Positions 62,863-64,000 of a DNA stretch of 64,000 nucleotides are shown piece by piece; position 1 is the stretch's first letter; each line of letters begins with the position of its first letter. The stretch is from an uncultured Candidatus Rokubacteria bacterium. GTDB lineage: Bacteria; Methylomirabilota; Methylomirabilia; Rokubacteriales; CSP1-6. The notes below the pieces were generated by a model. The model made no database searches. It had not been told where the DNA came from and was given only the letters and a program-made list of their open reading frames with translations. The DNA is taken from contig CAVYTA010000006.1 in NCBI GenBank assembly GCA_963771355.1, positions 64,001 through 128,000 of the forward strand, written 5' to 3'. The translations under genes were made by a program, and so were the position numbers.

Positions 62863-63011
62863 AGTCAGCTTTTCCTGACTGACTGGGTAAGTTTTTTCGA
62901 CCTCACCGTGAACCCAGCGACCTCACACCATCTTTTGGTGCCGGAAGGGGCCGGTCGGGGGCCGAATCCACGCGCCGCCGCTGCCATCCGTCTCCTGGCA
63001 CCGTGGTTGCG
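62863..63011 (+). promoter_or_regulatory. sigma54 promoter with upstream palindrome
   Basis: TGGCAC-CGTGG-TTGCG at 62996-63011; AGTCAG-N6-CTGACT at 62863-62880. Confidence 0.75.
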
Positions 63012-63087
63012 TACAGAAGAGCCGTCGCGTCGCGACGAGCGGCGCGAGACTTCAAGTCAGCGACCACTTCGACAGAGGAGGAACGCG

Positions 63088-63363
63088 ATGAGCAAGCTGC
63101 TGAAGGCAGGGATGTTCGGAGCCCTCGCCGTCGCCCTCGTGCTCGGGAGCATGGCGGGCGCGCAGGCCGCCGATATCACCGGCAAGGTGCAGGCGGTGGA
63201 TCCCGCGGGCAAGTCCGTCACGCTCGACAACGGCACCACGCTGATGATTCCGGCCACCGCGAAGGTGGACCGGAAGGCCCTCGCGCCCGGCGCCGAGGTG
63301 AAGGCCAGCTACGAAGAGAAGGGCGGCCAGAAGGTCGCCACCTCGATCCAGGTCGCGAAGTAA
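63088..63363 (+). CDS. Small secreted DUF1344-like OB-fold protein
   Basis: GAGGAGG SD, signal peptide, GKVQAVD..TLDNG..VKASYEEK. Confidence 0.8.
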   Translation: MSKLLKAGMFGALAVALVLGSMAGAQAADITGKVQAVDPAGKSVTLDNGTTLMIPATAKVDRKALAPGAEVKASYEEKGGQKVATSIQVAK

Positions 63364-63384
63364 CTCGCTGTAAGCGGACCGGCG

Positions 63385-63410
63385 GCTCTCGGAGCTTCGG
63401 CTCCGGGAGC
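63385..63410. terminator. Hairpin with CTTCGG loop between convergent genes
   Basis: GCTCTCGGAGC-TTCG-GCTCCGGGAGC. Confidence 0.5.
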
Positions 63411-63510
63411 CGTGTCGGGCTGGAGCCCCCGCCCCCAAGCGCGCCCCGACCGCGACGGCGTGCGTCTGTGGAACGAGGCCGGAAGCCGTCCTCGCGTCGT
63501 CCCCGGAGGA

Positions 63511-64000
63511 CTATGGGGTCGAGGGGGGCGGCACGCGTCGTCTGGTAGCCTGCTCGAACCCGTACGACAGCTCGATGAGGCGGGGCTCGCTGCAGGCCAT
63601 GCCGGTGAAGGTCACGCCAAAAGGTGCGGGCTTGGCCGCGAAGCCATCAGGAAACGCCGGGGTCGGGGCATTCAGGATCAGGCCGAAGGGGACGATGATC
63701 GAGGGGTAGCCGGGACGGGAGGCGATGAGGGCGCCGGTGGCGCCGGGGAAGAGGAGCGCGTCGAGCCGCTGCTCCTTCATCACCGCGTCGATGCCTTGGG
63801 TCCCGGCGAGCGCGATGTCCTTGGCCCGGTCGGCCTTCGTAGCGCGGCGCGGTCGGCCACGAGATCGATCTCGTCCGAGATGTCGAGCCGGGATTGCCCG
63901 TACTTGATGGCGCCACGGCTGGGCCGCGCGAGATTGTAGTTCCGCAGCTCGGTGAGGCTCTTGACCGGCGCGCCGGGCCCCAGCGACTGGAGCCAGGCAT
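63511..64000 (-). CDS. Amidase family protein, C-terminal part (frameshift near 63845)
   Basis: LDALLFP, GYPSIIVPFG, PFGVTF, SEPRLIELSYGFEQAT..R.PP. Confidence 0.8.
   Translation of the reverse strand, partial: CLAPVAGARRAGQEPHRAAELQSRAAQPWRHQVRAIPARHLGRDRSRGRPRRATKADRAKDIALAGTQGIDAVMKEQRLDALLFPGATGALIASRPGYPSIIVPFGLILNAPTPAFPDGFAAKPAPFGVTFTGMACSEPRLIELSYGFEQATRRRVPPPSTP

Overview
High-GC bacterial chromosomal window; the gene repertoire resembles Ca. Rokubacteria/Methylomirabilota (inference only). The first ~21.8 kb is a surface-polysaccharide locus: rfbF/rfbG-like genes, several GT2/GT4 enzymes, a GT2-GT2-GT4 fusion, wzm/wzt, methyltransferases, gmd/fcl and two GT-C membrane transferases. 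Its left 8 kb has many frameshifts and an inversion/deletion scar. It is followed by a cNMP/AI-2E pair, a MarR-RND operon, a second RND pair, a sigma54-driven PEP-CTERM gene, two IS481 remnants, a small-gene stress/redox patch with an orphan sensor kinase, a CHAD-SixA-Ppx-Ppk1 polyphosphate operon and assorted enzymes and regulators. Four signals stand out. (1) A flavoprotein disulfide reductase (36928-38313, -) has the redox motif C-V-N-W-G-TGA-I-P-K-K, with a bacterial SECIS-like hairpin right after the in-frame UGA, so it is a probable selenoprotein that the ORF track truncates. (2) A recurring palindrome, GGAC-N4-GTCC(AATA), lies at an identical 31.5 bp from TAnnnT -10 hexamers at three promoters, including the selenoprotein's, suggesting an undescribed activator regulon around the orphan kinase. 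(3) A single palindromic -10 (GATTATAATC) appears to drive two divergent leaderless genes. (4) A ~110 bp piece of an O-antigen ligase gene is inverted in place. No rRNA, tRNA or CRISPR array was seen.
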